Positions 23,529 to 35,901 are shown, counted from the whole stretch's first letter. The stretch: DNA of 63,875 nucleotides, filler included, from Octopus bimaculoides (GCF_001194135.2; 6 parts of 6 records of this genome joined end to end with filler, not necessarily neighbours in it); one strand, 5' to 3'. Program-made: numbers and translations. Notes: generated by a model from the sequence alone, not told the origin.

Positions 23529-23852
23529 CTGGCATTCCGTCAGTTACAGCAACGAATTTTCCAGTTGATTCGATCAACAGAACAGTCTGCTCATCAAATT
23601 AATGTCCATGTGACTGAGCACTTGTCAGACACGCGTGCCCTTAACGTAGTTCTCAGGGAGATTCGGCGAGACACAGTGTGTGATAAAACAACCCTAGTTC
23701 TTTGAATTAGTGCTGCAACTCGTTCTTGTCAGCTGAGTGGACTGGAGCAACGAGAAATAAACTCTGATGCTGAAGGAATCAACGCGCCGCAGGGAACTGA
23801 TCTCACGATCTTACGATCGTGAACCGATTACCATAACTGCTAAGCCACTCAC
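23529..23852 (-). mobile_element. SINE type A' (tRNA head, CORE-like block, A 3' module)
   Basis: Reverse strand reads GTGGCTTAGCAGTT...TTTATTTCTCGTTGCTCCAGTCCACTCAGCTG...CCCTGAGAACTACGTTAAGGGCACGCGTG...GACGGAATGCCA. Confidence 0.85.
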
Positions 23853-24222
23853 CTTCATGGAGGTTAAACTCGTCTTATCGAGTGAAATTAAGAACTTTCT
23901 TCGCATATGCCTTGACCCTAAAAAAACATCAAACTCCAGCTTTTTGGACAGAGAAGTCTAAAAATGCTTCATCTAGAAATGGTATGAAAAATTCAATAAA
24001 TGGTATAAAAATTCCCTCCGTTGTGTAGCTAACTTCTGGATCAGAACCACCATTGGTTCAGTGGAGGACTCCGAACCGCTTGAGGAAAAGGAACGTGAGT
24101 GAACAATTGCCAGATGAAACTTCAGGATCGGCCCAGCCATCACCGAACGTGGAGAAGCAAATCAGACAATGAAGTACCCGCGGTTTGTCAGCCCTCTTCT
24201 ACCCGATCACTTTTGCTCAAAG

Positions 24223-24393
24223 CGATCACGGCTCGGCAACCGGTGTTGGTGTGTTTACGTCTCCGTAAGTTAGCGGTTCGACAAAAGGGGCGGCTAGAAC
24301 CAGTACCAGGCTTTGAAAAACTAAAAATTCTTCAAGACTGTGCCCCAGTACAGCCACAGTCAAAAATGACTCAAAAAATTTAAAACGTAAAAA
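24223..24393 (+). mobile_element. SINE-C 3' half
   Basis: GGCAACCGGTGTTGGTGTGTTTACGTCTCCGTAAGTTAGCGGTTCG...CCACAGTCAAAAATGACT. Confidence 0.75.
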
Positions 24394-24511
24394 GATAGAT
24401 AGGCAGAGTGGCATATAACAAGACCTTTGGATATATATATATATATATGTGTATGTGTGTATATGTGTTTGTGTATGTATATATATATACATACAGAGAA
24501 AGACAGAGATC

Positions 24512-24544
<33 letters not shown>

Positions 24545-24815
24545 GGGAGATAGAGGGATAACCGGTGGCTGAAATCTGTTTAAGATTGTCTTCAAGGCTC
24601 CGGTTACACAATTTTTTATCAAACAGAAACTTGTAACAGCTGGATTGTTCTATGACATGCAAAAAGGGTTAACAAACCGAACGATTTGATAAATTGGTGT
24701 CTAAAGATAACAAGTTCAAAATGTTGGTGGACAAAACAGATACAAGAACCAATATTTCGTTTTGAATCATGTGAATAGGAAATGATATGGACTATAAATA
24801 TGTCTTATGGCATGT

Positions 24816-25385
24816 ATTCTCTTTTATTCTTTCACTTGTTTCAAAGATTTGACTGCGACCATGCTGGAGCACCGCCTTTTAGTAGAAGAAATCTACCCCA
24901 GGCCTTTTTCTTTGTAACCTTGGTACTTATTCTATCGGTTCTTTTGCCGAACCGTTAAGTAACGGGGACGTAAGCACGCTAACATCGGTTGTCAAGCGAC
25001 GGTGGGGGGACAAACACAGACACAAAGACACACACACACACACACACACACACACANNNNNNNNNNNNNNNNNNNNNNNNNNNNNNNNNNNNNNNNNNNN
25101 NNNNNNNNNNNNNNNNNNNNNNNNNNNNNNNNNNNNNNNNNNNNNNNNNNNNNNNNNNNNNNNNNNNNNNNNNNNNNNNNNNNNNNNNNNNNNNNNNNNN
25201 NNNNNNNNNNNNNNNNNNNNNNNNNNNNNNNNNNNCATATATATATATATATATATATATGCGACGGGCTTCTTTCAGTTTCCGTCTGCCAAATCCACTC
25301 ACAAGGCTTTGGTCGGCCCGAGGCTATAGTAGAAGACACTTATCCAAGGTGCCATGTGGTTGGTAAGCAAGCTTCTTACCACACG
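24816..25385 (-). mobile_element. Full-length SINE-C spanning a gap, with a small deletion at a CCA microhomology
   Basis: Halves lie on both sides of gap 25057-25235; AAGGTGCCA|TGTGG lacks the CGCAGTGGGACTGAACCCGGAACCA seen in other copies. Confidence 0.9.
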
Positions 25386-25619
25386 TATGTATATTTTTCA
25401 TAAGGACACAAGCATAAGTGTGTGTGTATGTGTGTTTCTATTTGTGTGTGTGTATCAATTAAGTTACGACGTGGCACATGAGGAGAGATGTAGACGTATT
25501 CACGTATATAAACATATTTAAATGCATTGGTATCATTAACATTACCAAATGGTGTCCATCTGTATGCATGTAAATATCTATAAATTGATATATATACACA
25601 CACACACATATATATGTAT

Positions 25620-25654
<35 letters not shown>

Positions 25655-26273
25655 CATATATATATATATANNNNNNNNNNNNNNNNNNNNNNNNNNNNNN
25701 NNNNNNNNNNNNNNNNNNNNNNNNNNNNNNNNNNNNNNNNNNNNNNNNNNNNNNNNNNNNNNNNNNNNNNNNNNNNNNNNNNNNNNNNNNNNNNNNNNNN
25801 NNNNNNNNNNNNNNNNNNNNNNNNNNNNNNNNNNNNNNNNNNNNNNNNNNNNNNNNNNNNNNNNNNNNNNNNNNNNNNNNNNNNNNNNNNNNNNNNNNNN
25901 NNNNNNNNNNNNNNNNNNNNNNNNNNNNNNNNNNNNNNNNNNNNNNNNNNNNNNNNNNNNNNNNNNNNNNNNNNNNNNNNNNNNNNNNNNNNNNNNNNNN
26001 NNNNNNNNNNNNNNNNNNNNNNNNNNNNNNNNNNNNNNNNNNNNNNNNNNNNNNNNNNNNNNNNNNNNNNNNNNNNNNNNNNNNNNNNNNNNNNNNNNNN
26101 NNNNNNNNNNNNNNNNNNNNNNNNNNNNNNNNNNNNNNNNNNNNNNNNNNNNNNNNNNNNNNNNNNNNNNNNNNNNNNNNNNNNNNNNNNNNNNNNNNNN
26201 NNNNNNNNNNNNNNNNNNNNNNNNNNNNNNNNNNNNNNNNNNNNNNNNNNNNNNNNNNNNNNNNNNNNNNNNN

Positions 26274-26350
<77 letters not shown>

Positions 26351-26813
26351 GTTAACAGGTAACGATGTTAAAACAAACTGCTGTAGGTCTATGTCCAAAA
26401 CATATTACATATATTGACATAAAATCTAAACAGATCCTTCTTTTTCAACTTTAGTGTCATGCGGGTCACTGCAGGGTAAGAAATATCTCCGTATATGTAA
26501 CATCGTTTGCATTTTGTGAATAAATTAATGTTTTAGAGGCATATTTTAGTTTACGTTAGATTATAAAATAGTAATAACAGATGAAAAAATCCAATAAAAG
26601 ATACTATTAATTGAGGTTGGTGAACTGGGTGGTGGTGTAAGAGCGTGAGACTGGTTTGCCATATGCTGAATATAGTTTGGGGTTTATACTCTTGCGCTCT
26701 GAGTTCAAATCTCGCTTTGCCTACTTAAGTGGTAGAGTTCATCCGTCACGTGGTTTAACTCTGAACTCCACCACTATACACATATACATGCATACGTACA
26801 TACATACGCATAC

Positions 26814-26847
<34 letters not shown>

Positions 26848-26960
26848 ATAATATTTATCTATGTATGTATGTATGTATGTGTGTGTGTGTTAAATAAAAT
26901 GAGACAACAAAGCCAAGGGTGTGTGGAATTTTCAGGACATTTATAAATGTCCTGAAAATG

Positions 26961-27040
26961 GTGGTGGTAGTGGTGGTGGTAGTGGTGGTGGTGGTGGTGG
27001 TGATGATGATGATGATGATGATGTTGATGATGATGTTGTT
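26961..27040. repeat. (GGT)n/(GAT)n trinucleotide repeat
   Basis: Direct reading; a complementary (CAC)n/(CAT)n run lies at ~27235-27303. Confidence 0.9.
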
Positions 27041-27097
27041 GTGTGTATGTGTTAGTGCATGAACTGTGAGATTACAATTACGGCTCAAAATAAAACT

Positions 27098-27210
27098 CCC
27101 AAGGCTTTGGTCGGCCTGGGGCCATAGTAGCAGACACTTTCCCACGCAGTGGGACTGAACCCGGAACCATGTGGTTGGTAAGCCACTTAGCACACAGCCA
27201 CTCCTACGCC
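27098..27210 (-). mobile_element. SINE-C 5' fragment
   Basis: AAGGCTTTGGTCGGCC...GCAGTGGGACTGAACCCGGAACCATGTGGTTGGTAAG...CAGCCACTCCTACGCC. Confidence 0.85.
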
Positions 27211-27271
27211 TAACTTGTTTAAATTTCATTGTACCACCACCACCACCACCACCACCACCACCACCACCACC

Positions 27272-27303
<32 letters not shown>

Positions 27304-27324
27304 TGCCGTTGGTGTTATTAATGG

Positions 27325-27480
27325 TGGAAAATTAGCAGAATTATTCCCGTGATTGACAAATTGCCTGGGCGTTTTTTGTTTTAACATTTTGTTTTTTTCA
27401 ATTCGAGTTCAAATCCCACAAACGTCAAATCACCCAAACCGTTATCCTTTCAAAATCGCAACCGTTATCCTTCCAATGTC
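27325..27480 (+). mobile_element. Degenerate SINE-B with a 23-bp internal duplication
   Basis: TTAGCAGAATT...GAGTTCAAATCCC; AACCGTTATCCTT occurs twice, 23 nt apart. Confidence 0.5.
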
Positions 27481-27647
27481 GCAAAGTGACTGCGTGTCCC
27501 CCAAACGCAGGGGACGATATATTTGAACCTTTCTGTTATAGACACCATCCGTATATTGCCGTCCAAAGTGTTTCCTTTCGATCCGACTCTGACCCGCAAA
27601 TATCACAAAGGGAGATCTGACTCGGTTACAGGAGCATCCACTTAGAT

Positions 27648-28179
27648 CAGTGGTTCAAAACTGGGGTTCATATGAACCTTGAGGGTCCAAATAAATTGGT
27701 TATCGTTCTAAAATACACAGGATACATTCTCATTTAACTCTTTTACTTGTTACATTCATTTGATTGCGGCCATGCTGGAGCACCGCCTTTTTAGTCGAAC
27801 AAATCGAACTCAGGACTTATTCTTCGTAAGCCTAGTACTTATTCTATCGGGTTCCTTTTGCCGAACCGCTAAGTTACGGGGACGTAAACACACCAACATC
27901 GGTTGTCAAGCGATGGTGTGGGGACAAACAAAGACACGCATACATGCGTACATACATACATGTATATACATATACGACGGGCTTCTTTCAATTTCCGTCT
28001 ATCAAATCCACTCACAAGGCTTTGGTCGGCCCGAGTCTATAGTAGAAGACACTTGCCCAAGGTGCTACGCTGTGGGACTGAACCTGGAACCATGTGGTTG
28101 GGAAGCGAGCTACAGAGGTCCACCCGAGGGAAACAGGAACTGAAGGGGTCCATAAGCAGAAAAATGGTTGAGAACTACG
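27648..28179 (+). mobile_element. hAT/Charlie-like MITE interrupted by a SINE-C
   Basis: Left end CAGTGGTTCAAAACTGGGGTTCAT, right end GGGGTCCATAAGCAGAAAAATGGTTGAGAACTACG; imperfect CAGTGGTTCTCAACC-type TIRs; no clear 8-bp TSD. Confidence 0.6.
27732..28112 (-). mobile_element. Near full-length SINE-C
   Basis: Collinear with the reverse complement of 52268-52666; short (ATAC)-type internal repeat. Confidence 0.9.
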
Positions 28180-28289
28180 AGCTACGATTAGGGGCGAAAT
28201 TATTAGAATCAGAGGCGAAATTATTAGAATTAAGCTCATGTGTATGTCTAATAACACACATATAAGCACGGGGGACTCTTGTAGATTTC

Positions 28290-28420
28290 ATCGAACCCCG
28301 AAAGAATGAAAGGCAAAGGTCAACCTCGGAGGAATTTGAACTCAGAGCGTCAAGCTGAAAGACATATGCCGCCAAGCATTTTGCCCGGTGTGTTAACGAT
28401 TCGGCCAGCTTGCTGTCTTA
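28290..28420 (-). mobile_element. SINE-B 5' part
   Basis: CCCCGAAAGAATGAAAGGCAAAGGTCAACCTCGGAGGAATTTGAACTCAGAGCG...AAGCATTTTGCCCGG...CCAGCT. Confidence 0.85.
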
Positions 28421-29114
28421 CTAAGATTTATATACATTCGTGAAAATATCATGCATGTATATACATACATACATACATACATACACACATACATACATAC
28501 GTACACACGCACATACATACATACACACATATATGCATGCATCCNNNNNNNNNNTACGTACATACATATATACTTACGTACATATAGATACATTCATACG
28601 TACACTAGTATTCTGTAACTGCGCGGTACCGGCGAAGAAGAGAAAGGGGGGGGGTGAGGATAGAGAAAACAAGAGAGAGAGAAAGAGAAAAGAAAGGAAG
28701 AGGAAGAGAAAATGAGTGAGAAAGAGAAGGAGAATGAGGGAGTGACAGAGAGAGAGAGAGAGAGAGAGAGAGCGACTACATGCTCGGTCAAGCTGCTAAA
28801 AATATTAGCCACTTCCGTACCGCTTAAAAGAAGAAATATTATTATATTGCACACTGTAGCAATACAGAGAGGAAAAAGAAAGAAAGGAAGGAAGGAAGAA
28901 AGAAAGGAAGAAAGAATGGAAACTGGTGAAATAGTCATGGTTGGAAAGCCTGCATCTTCAAGAATGAGTAGGGACTAAATACCCGTAACACCAAGCATTA
29001 CAATTACAGTACAGCAGCAACTACTACTACTACTACTACTAGTAGTAGTTTGACAGATATCTATGAGAGAAACAGACGCACACACACAAACACACATGCA
29101 CAAACACACACACA

Positions 29115-29146
<32 letters not shown>

Positions 29147-29809
29147 CATGCGCGAACTCATTCACGAACATGCACTCAGACGCACGCACGCACATATACG
29201 CGCCCGCACGCACATATACGCGCCCGCACGCAGATGGCGAGCCGGAACCAGGCGGTGTGACAGACACACAGACACAACTGTGTGTTAGCACCGCTCTTTG
29301 ACAATATATGTTTTTCCATTCCCCCCCCCCTTTATTTTTCTTCTTTCACTTTTATATTGGTTTCATTCTTTCTTTTTTTCTTTCTCTCTGCAGCGCAAAC
29401 TGCTAGGATGCTGAGATTCGCTCCGTCTACCCATCATCTACCTCTGCAACCTAACGAAATATCAATGATTAAATTGGATACCAAATGGAGCAGATTCTAT
29501 GTAGGGAGGGCGATGTTGTTGTTCTTCTGGTTCTTGTTCTTGTGCGTGTGTCTGTGTGTGTGGATGAGTGTATATAGGTGTATGTGTGAGTGTGCGTTGC
29601 GGAAAATTCTGTTAGTTGCAGGAAGCTTCCTGGACGTTTTAGCGGTATATGTGTATATGTGTGTAACTGTATGTGTGTGCGTGTGTGTGTATGTGCATAT
29701 GGTGAGAAGAGATGGAGAATTAAAAACAGCGAGGTTCCTATCTCTCTCCCTCTCTCTCTCTCTCTNNNNNNNNNNNNNNNNNNNNNNNNNNNNNNNNNNN
29801 NNNNNNNNN

Positions 29810-29821
29810 TTAATTAATTAA
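29810..29821. other. Assembly linker TTAATTAATTAA inside a 100-nt gap (44 N + 12 + 44 N)
   Basis: The identical 12-mer with the same N padding occurs at 29810, 47478, 49608, 60370 and 62790; it has stops in all six frames. Confidence 0.95.
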
Positions 29822-29865
29822 NNNNNNNNNNNNNNNNNNNNNNNNNNNNNNNNNNNNNNNNNNNN

Positions 29866-29915
<50 letters not shown>

Positions 29916-30776
29916 TGTGCGTATTTATGCAAATACATACATGAAATATATATATAATATCTATGCATATATACATAGATATATATGTATAGATATCTAT
30001 GCATGCATACATAGATACCTACATTCCTACATAGATACACACATAGTTATGCACTCACGCACACACACACATCTAAACAAACATAACAAATGTAAATACA
30101 CATGCATCTTCTATCAGTTTATCTGTATCCATCTATCTGTATATGTGTATACACACACACACACGCACACACATATACACATATTCACATACATACGTAC
30201 ATACATACATACATACATACATACATACATACATACATACATACATCTTGCACACGAAGAAAAAATAATATATTCTATGTAATGTTTGAACGTTCGACCT
30301 TTCCGATGACATACCAATATTTCATATAAGAAAACAAAATCTGTGCCACATCACATTTGTTGAAAACTGCCATTTTTTGCATTTCGATTCGTTTGTGTTT
30401 CTCCTTTTATTTTCATATTTTGTAGTCATGATTATCCTTCTGCATTATCCCTTCTTTCAGTCACTCAGTCTCATGTTTTGTTTTGTTTGATATTTTTCTG
30501 ATGGTATGTCATTTTATTTCAGTGTACAACATCATATAATTACTTTATCCTTTAACCTAGATTAATAAATCATTATTCTGGTATAATGGGATACTCTTTC
30601 AGTTCTCTCTTCTTTCTATTCTTTTTTTTTCTTTTAGTTTGACTTATTTCGTTCCTTTCTCTCTTATCTGCTCTGTATTCATTATTTTTTTTCTCATACG
30701 CATACTGGTAATTTACATATTTTCATTCTCCATCATCCTCTCCTACTTCTCAATTTTTTGTTCTGCTTGTCACTGG

Positions 30777-30862
30777 TTTTCTTCTTCTTCTTCTTCTTCT
30801 TCTTCTTCTTCTTCTTCTTCTTCTTCTTCTTCTTCTTCTTCTTCTTCTTCTTCTTCTTCTTC
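30777..30862. repeat. (CTT)n microsatellite
   Basis: Direct reading. Confidence 0.95.
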
Positions 30863-30890
30863 AAGCATATAATATAAACTTTATAGTAAC

Positions 30891-31682
30891 AATTGCAAAT
30901 TTTGCCGCAAGGCCAGCAAATTTAACGGATGGTATTAAATCGATTGTATCGTCCAACGGAAAGATAAAAGGCCAAATGGACCTTAGCGGAACTTGATCTC
31001 AAAGCTTGTAATAATATAATAATAAGGATAGTTATTATTATTTACCCGGCATAAGCTATAAAATAACTCAAGGGCATGTAGTTTCTCATAGGCATTTATC
31101 CAGCATAATATTTAGGGTTATCAGCAATATTAAACATCCTCATAATAGTTCCCAATTTCGGTACAAGGCTAGCATATTTAGGGGAAAAGGTAAGTCAATT
31201 ATATCGATTTAGTATTCGATTAGTATCGATCCTTATTTAATTTGTTGACCACGGAAAGATGAATGGCAAAATCGACCACAACGGAATTTGAAATTAGAAC
31301 GTAAAATCCAAAGAAATTCTGCCGTTTGCCGGCATAAACCGACTTGATTATAAGAAATCGGCAATATTGGTTTCAGATTTGTTCACAATGTCAGGAATTG
31401 TGTGGAAGACTCCAGTAATGAAGTGGTACTCATATTATCGACCCCGAAAGGATGCCGCTAAGCATTTTGTCTGGTGTGAAACCGATAAAAATACTAATAA
31501 TATTGATTTCAAATTTTGGCACAAGGCCACCAATACTGCTGTGGTACTTTTTTTCATCAACTCCGAATTAATAAAAGGCAAAGTCGACGTCAGCGGTATT
31601 TGAACTCAGAACGTAAAGACCGACGAAATGCCGCTAAGTATTTTGCCCGGCGTGCTAACGATTCTACAAGCACGCCGCTTTA
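30891..31682 (-). mobile_element. Cluster of four SINE-B copies, all on the minus strand
   Basis: Copies at ~30891-31005, 31148-31334, 31363-31487 and 31499-31682, each starting on + with the reverse-complemented tail (AAATTTTGGCACAAGGCC or variant). Confidence 0.8.
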
Positions 31683-32993
31683 GGAATACTAATAATATTA
31701 ACAAAATTGTATACCTATATTGCTATAGATCTACTGTTAGTATGTTGTTCTCTATTGGTCCTTAAGTGATGATGCTGATAAGATGTCATAATTGTAATTT
31801 CTATACTGTCGTGTTAATTCTTTTGTTGTTAATAATCCTATTCTTTTTTTTTTCTTTTTCCAGTTATTCTTACCGTTGCTGTAGATGTTACAACTGCTGG
31901 TGTGTTGTTGTGAGTATTTTCATTGATATACGACTCTTTTGTTTAGTGGCTTCTTCTGCTTTTAACATTGTTTTAATTTTAATTGTTATCTACTCCTATT
32001 TATTCGTCTATGCCGTTCTTTAGGTTTTCTATTATTCTTGGAGCCAGAGTTGTTATTTTTTTTTCTGTACCGGTTGTTGTTTTGCGGTTCCATTTATGAA
32101 TTTTTCCTTTCTTTTCTCCCGTTCTCTACTTCCTATGCTGTTCTTAATTTCGTAGTAGATATGTAGCACATATTTCATTATTTTCGTGTTGGTTCTTGAT
32201 GTTAATGATGTTGGTTCGTGTCTTAATGATGATGATTACTTTTGGTATTGATGTTTCTGAAATCGTTGATAGCAAATAGCAATTATTTATGAATTGCCAA
32301 TTGGCAAATGGCTAACGATGAAACATTTCGAAATTAGCAGGTTTTCCACATCTGTCATAGTTTTCAACTAACATAAATGACTTACTAAATAAGTAAAACA
32401 GAAATAAAGAAATAAATGTCTAGATATCTAAATAAATAGACGATGAAAACACAAAACAAAATGGTGGTTATCTGAAAGTATTACCATGGGAATTTTCAAC
32501 TCGTAACACATCGCTTTGTCGGACAACACGCTCGATAACAGTTAATGATGAATTTACTTCAGTGGAATGTCAGCCACGCTATACAGTCATTCTTTATGTA
32601 AATCATCTGTGAACGTTATCATTATAATGGATAGCAGCGAAAAGTGATACTCTTTCTCAATATCTCAACTATAGTATCAAATACGGTGTTGATGCATCTC
32701 CTTAATTTACCGGTCGATGACTGGCATGTTATTTGTTTGTGTTTATAAGTCTAAGAAAAACATGCACACAGAGATATTCATTACCTTATACAAACATGCT
32801 TACACAGAAAGGTATAAATACTGCCAAATAAAGTATATTGCATAATAAACAGGTAAACAAAGATATATACTGGCAAATACATGTGTATATGGATGCATAG
32901 ATATACATGTTACATGTGTATATATATATGTTATAAGTGGGGTGTATATACCTATCTCTCACTCTCTTTATCTCTCTCTTGCTCTACATACAC

Positions 32994-33040
32994 AGAGAAA
33001 GAGACAGAAATAGAGAGAGAAATAGAGAGAGAAATAGAGA

Positions 33041-33101
<61 letters not shown>
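32994..33101. repeat. (GA)n microsatellite
   Basis: Direct reading; others at ~20184-20238, 45025-45110, 57935-58005 and 63695-63760. Confidence 0.95.
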
Positions 33102-33102
<1 letters not shown>

Positions 33103-34063
33103 TAGATAGGCATGAAGGTGATTCTGCAAGAGAATCCTTACTTAGAGTTTCGAGTGCCCGCTCCTCGGGCAACTCGGTAGCTGCATAAACATTGATTGAT
33201 GTCCCATGCCTATCATTGCAACGGATGCCAAACGAAAAGATGAGCGTGACAAGANNNNNNNNNNNNNNNNNNNNNNNNNNNNNNNNNNNNNNNNNNNNNN
33301 NNNNNNNNNNNNNNNNNNNNNNNNNNNNNNNNNNNNNNNNNNNNNNNNNNNNNNNNNNNNNNNNNNNNNNNNNNNNNNNNNNNNNNNNNNNNNNNNNNNN
33401 NNNNNNNNNNNNNNNNNNNNNNNNNNNNNNNNNNNNNNNNNNNNNNNNNNNNNNNNNNNNNNNNNNNNNNNNNNNNNNNNNNNNNNNNNNNNNNNNNNNN
33501 NNNNNNNNNNNNNNNNNNNNNNNNNNNNNNNNNNNNNNNNNNNNNNNNNNNNNNNNNNNNNNNNNNNNNNNNNNNNNNNNNNNNNNNNNNNNNNNNNNNN
33601 NNNNNNNNNNNNNNNNNNNNNNNNNNNNNNNNNNNNNNNNNNNNNNNNNNNNNNNNNNNNNNNNNNTATATATATATATATATGCATATATACACATTAC
33701 TGCTGTCTCTGCCCAGAGCTTCATGGGTGAACTGTCTCGCTTAATATATCTGTGTAACAAAATACAAAATTATTATTGTGTGTACATTTACTGAATCCAT
33801 CTGATTTCGTTATCCGATTACCCCTGCGTCGATTGTATGATTTTATGATTACATTGTAATCATAGAATTGTCGAGTGTAAGTTTTATGATTACATTTTCT
33901 TTCAGAAGCACATATGCAACATCTCACGTTGCAATTTTTATAAGGGTAACACATTTTGCGGAACTACTATACGTAGTTTTCTGGCAAGAAAGAAAAAAAA
34001 ACAGCTGTAATTCGAGCGTTGTTTTGTTTATCATCTCCTGCATTCTTTATTTTTTTATATTTG

Positions 34064-34493
34064 TTTTATTCATTTGACTGCAGTCATGTTAGAGTACCGC
34101 TTATAGTCAAAAGAATCGCCTCAGGTCTTAACCTTTGTAAGTCCAGTACTCATTCTATCGGTCTGTTTTGCCGAACTGCCATGTTACGTGGGCGTGGGTA
34201 AACACACCAAGATCGGTTGTCAAGGGATGGTGGGGGGAACAAACACAGACACACAAATACATACATACGTACATACACACACGCGCGCAACGCAAACACA
34301 CATGCACACACACACATACACACACATATATATACAATGGGCTCATTTCAGTTTCCATCGACCAAATCCACTCACAAAACTTTGGTCGGCCCGAGGCTAT
34401 GGTAGAAGATACTTGCTCATAGTGTCAGGCAGTGGGACTGAACCCGGAACCATGTGCATGATAAGCGAAGTTCTTACCACACAGTCAATCCTG
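34064..34493 (-). mobile_element. Full-length SINE-C
   Basis: CATTTGACTGCAGTCATG...GGGGGGAACAAACACAGACAC-(CA-rich)-TGGGCTCATTTCAGTTTCC...GGGACTGAACCCGGAACCATG...TTACCACACAG. Confidence 0.9.
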
Positions 34494-35901
34494 TTTGTAT
34501 GTATGCATTTATGTATGTATGTATGTATGCATTTATGTATGTACGTACGTATGTCTGTATGTGCATAAATATATGTAGAAATGTTAAGCGGCAGTTCTTA
34601 TGTTTTACTTATTCGTCATGCTAAAGGAAAAAAAAGTATACATTGTCCAGGAATCAATATTTCCTACAAATTAACATTCTTAATTATTTCCTGATCCCAG
34701 TTATCTCGAAGAGTCAAGTGCGTCATTGTTAGTACTATGCTTGATCAATAGCCTCATTCTAATGATCACCTAACTGAGGTAGCTATCACTAAAATGTTAA
34801 CACAAGGTGAACAAACTATACAATATACATCTTTTGATAGTTGTGGCTCTAACACGACTGTGATAGCACTAACGATTCCAAAATATGAGAAGAAAAGAGA
34901 AACAATAACAAATGTTATCAATCATTTTCGTAAGCATAAATCACATAAAGTGTAGAAATTTTTGTAAATATTGGAAATTCTCTCTCGATCGATGTCATCT
35001 TAAAGTAGCATCGCATGAATTTATGAGAAAGGTTATTGTAATATTTTTTTTTCATTTAAAAGAATCGGGATAAATAAAAAGGAGAATTTTGTTTTCTATA
35101 ACGGTTTTCTGGATTCAAGTATCACCACTATCAATTTAATTTTCCTCAAACAATAGACAGCTTGAATGAAAGGATTTTGTTTCATTTCTATATAGAAGCA
35201 TGGTTGATTACTACCACACAGCCAGTGGGTAAGTGTGTCTTTCGATGAAGTAAAGTACCAGTTATATATTCGGCTTCATTCAATCTATTATACATTCACC
35301 TTAAGTGTGTGTTCTTGTGCCGGTGTTAGAAATACATATTGCAGTGAATGTTGCAGGGAGAAATAAAGAGAGCAAGAGATCATCGATGGAGACTGGGGGA
35401 GAGAGAGAAAGGGAGAGAAAGAGAAGGAGAGAAAAAGAGAAGGAGAGAAAGAAAAAAGTGCATGGTAACCGAAGAGAAAGAGAGAATGAAAGGATGTATG
35501 CGAAAAATGGTAAGTGTACTTTAAATGTGAGATCATATCTGCATGAGAGAATTTTACATATAACCTGGGCACTTAATTCTAGGAGTAATATGGCCGTAAA
35601 ATTCCACGTTCGGCTTTTATAGTAGTCTAGAAGCTTAAATGAACATTTTATATTGGTCTACAATCCTAATTATATCCTTTATATGCACATCAATATTCAA
35701 TTACAAGACTTTTATATTGCGGAGCGTATAGGATGAAGGGTATTGCATATTGACACACGATTATACGTCTATGCAGTTTCTCTCTTTCTCTCTCTCCATC
35801 TCTTATTCTTTATGAATATATGTATATATACACATATGTGTGTATTTATGTGTATATTTATATATGTGTATATGTGTATATGTGTATATATATATGCATG
35901 T

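Noticed and set aside
34783-34800. TGAGGTAG (let-7 5' end) and TGGAATGT near 32563 (miR-1 5' end)
   Set aside because: Only 8 nt match; the rest of the mature sequence and the hairpin are absent.
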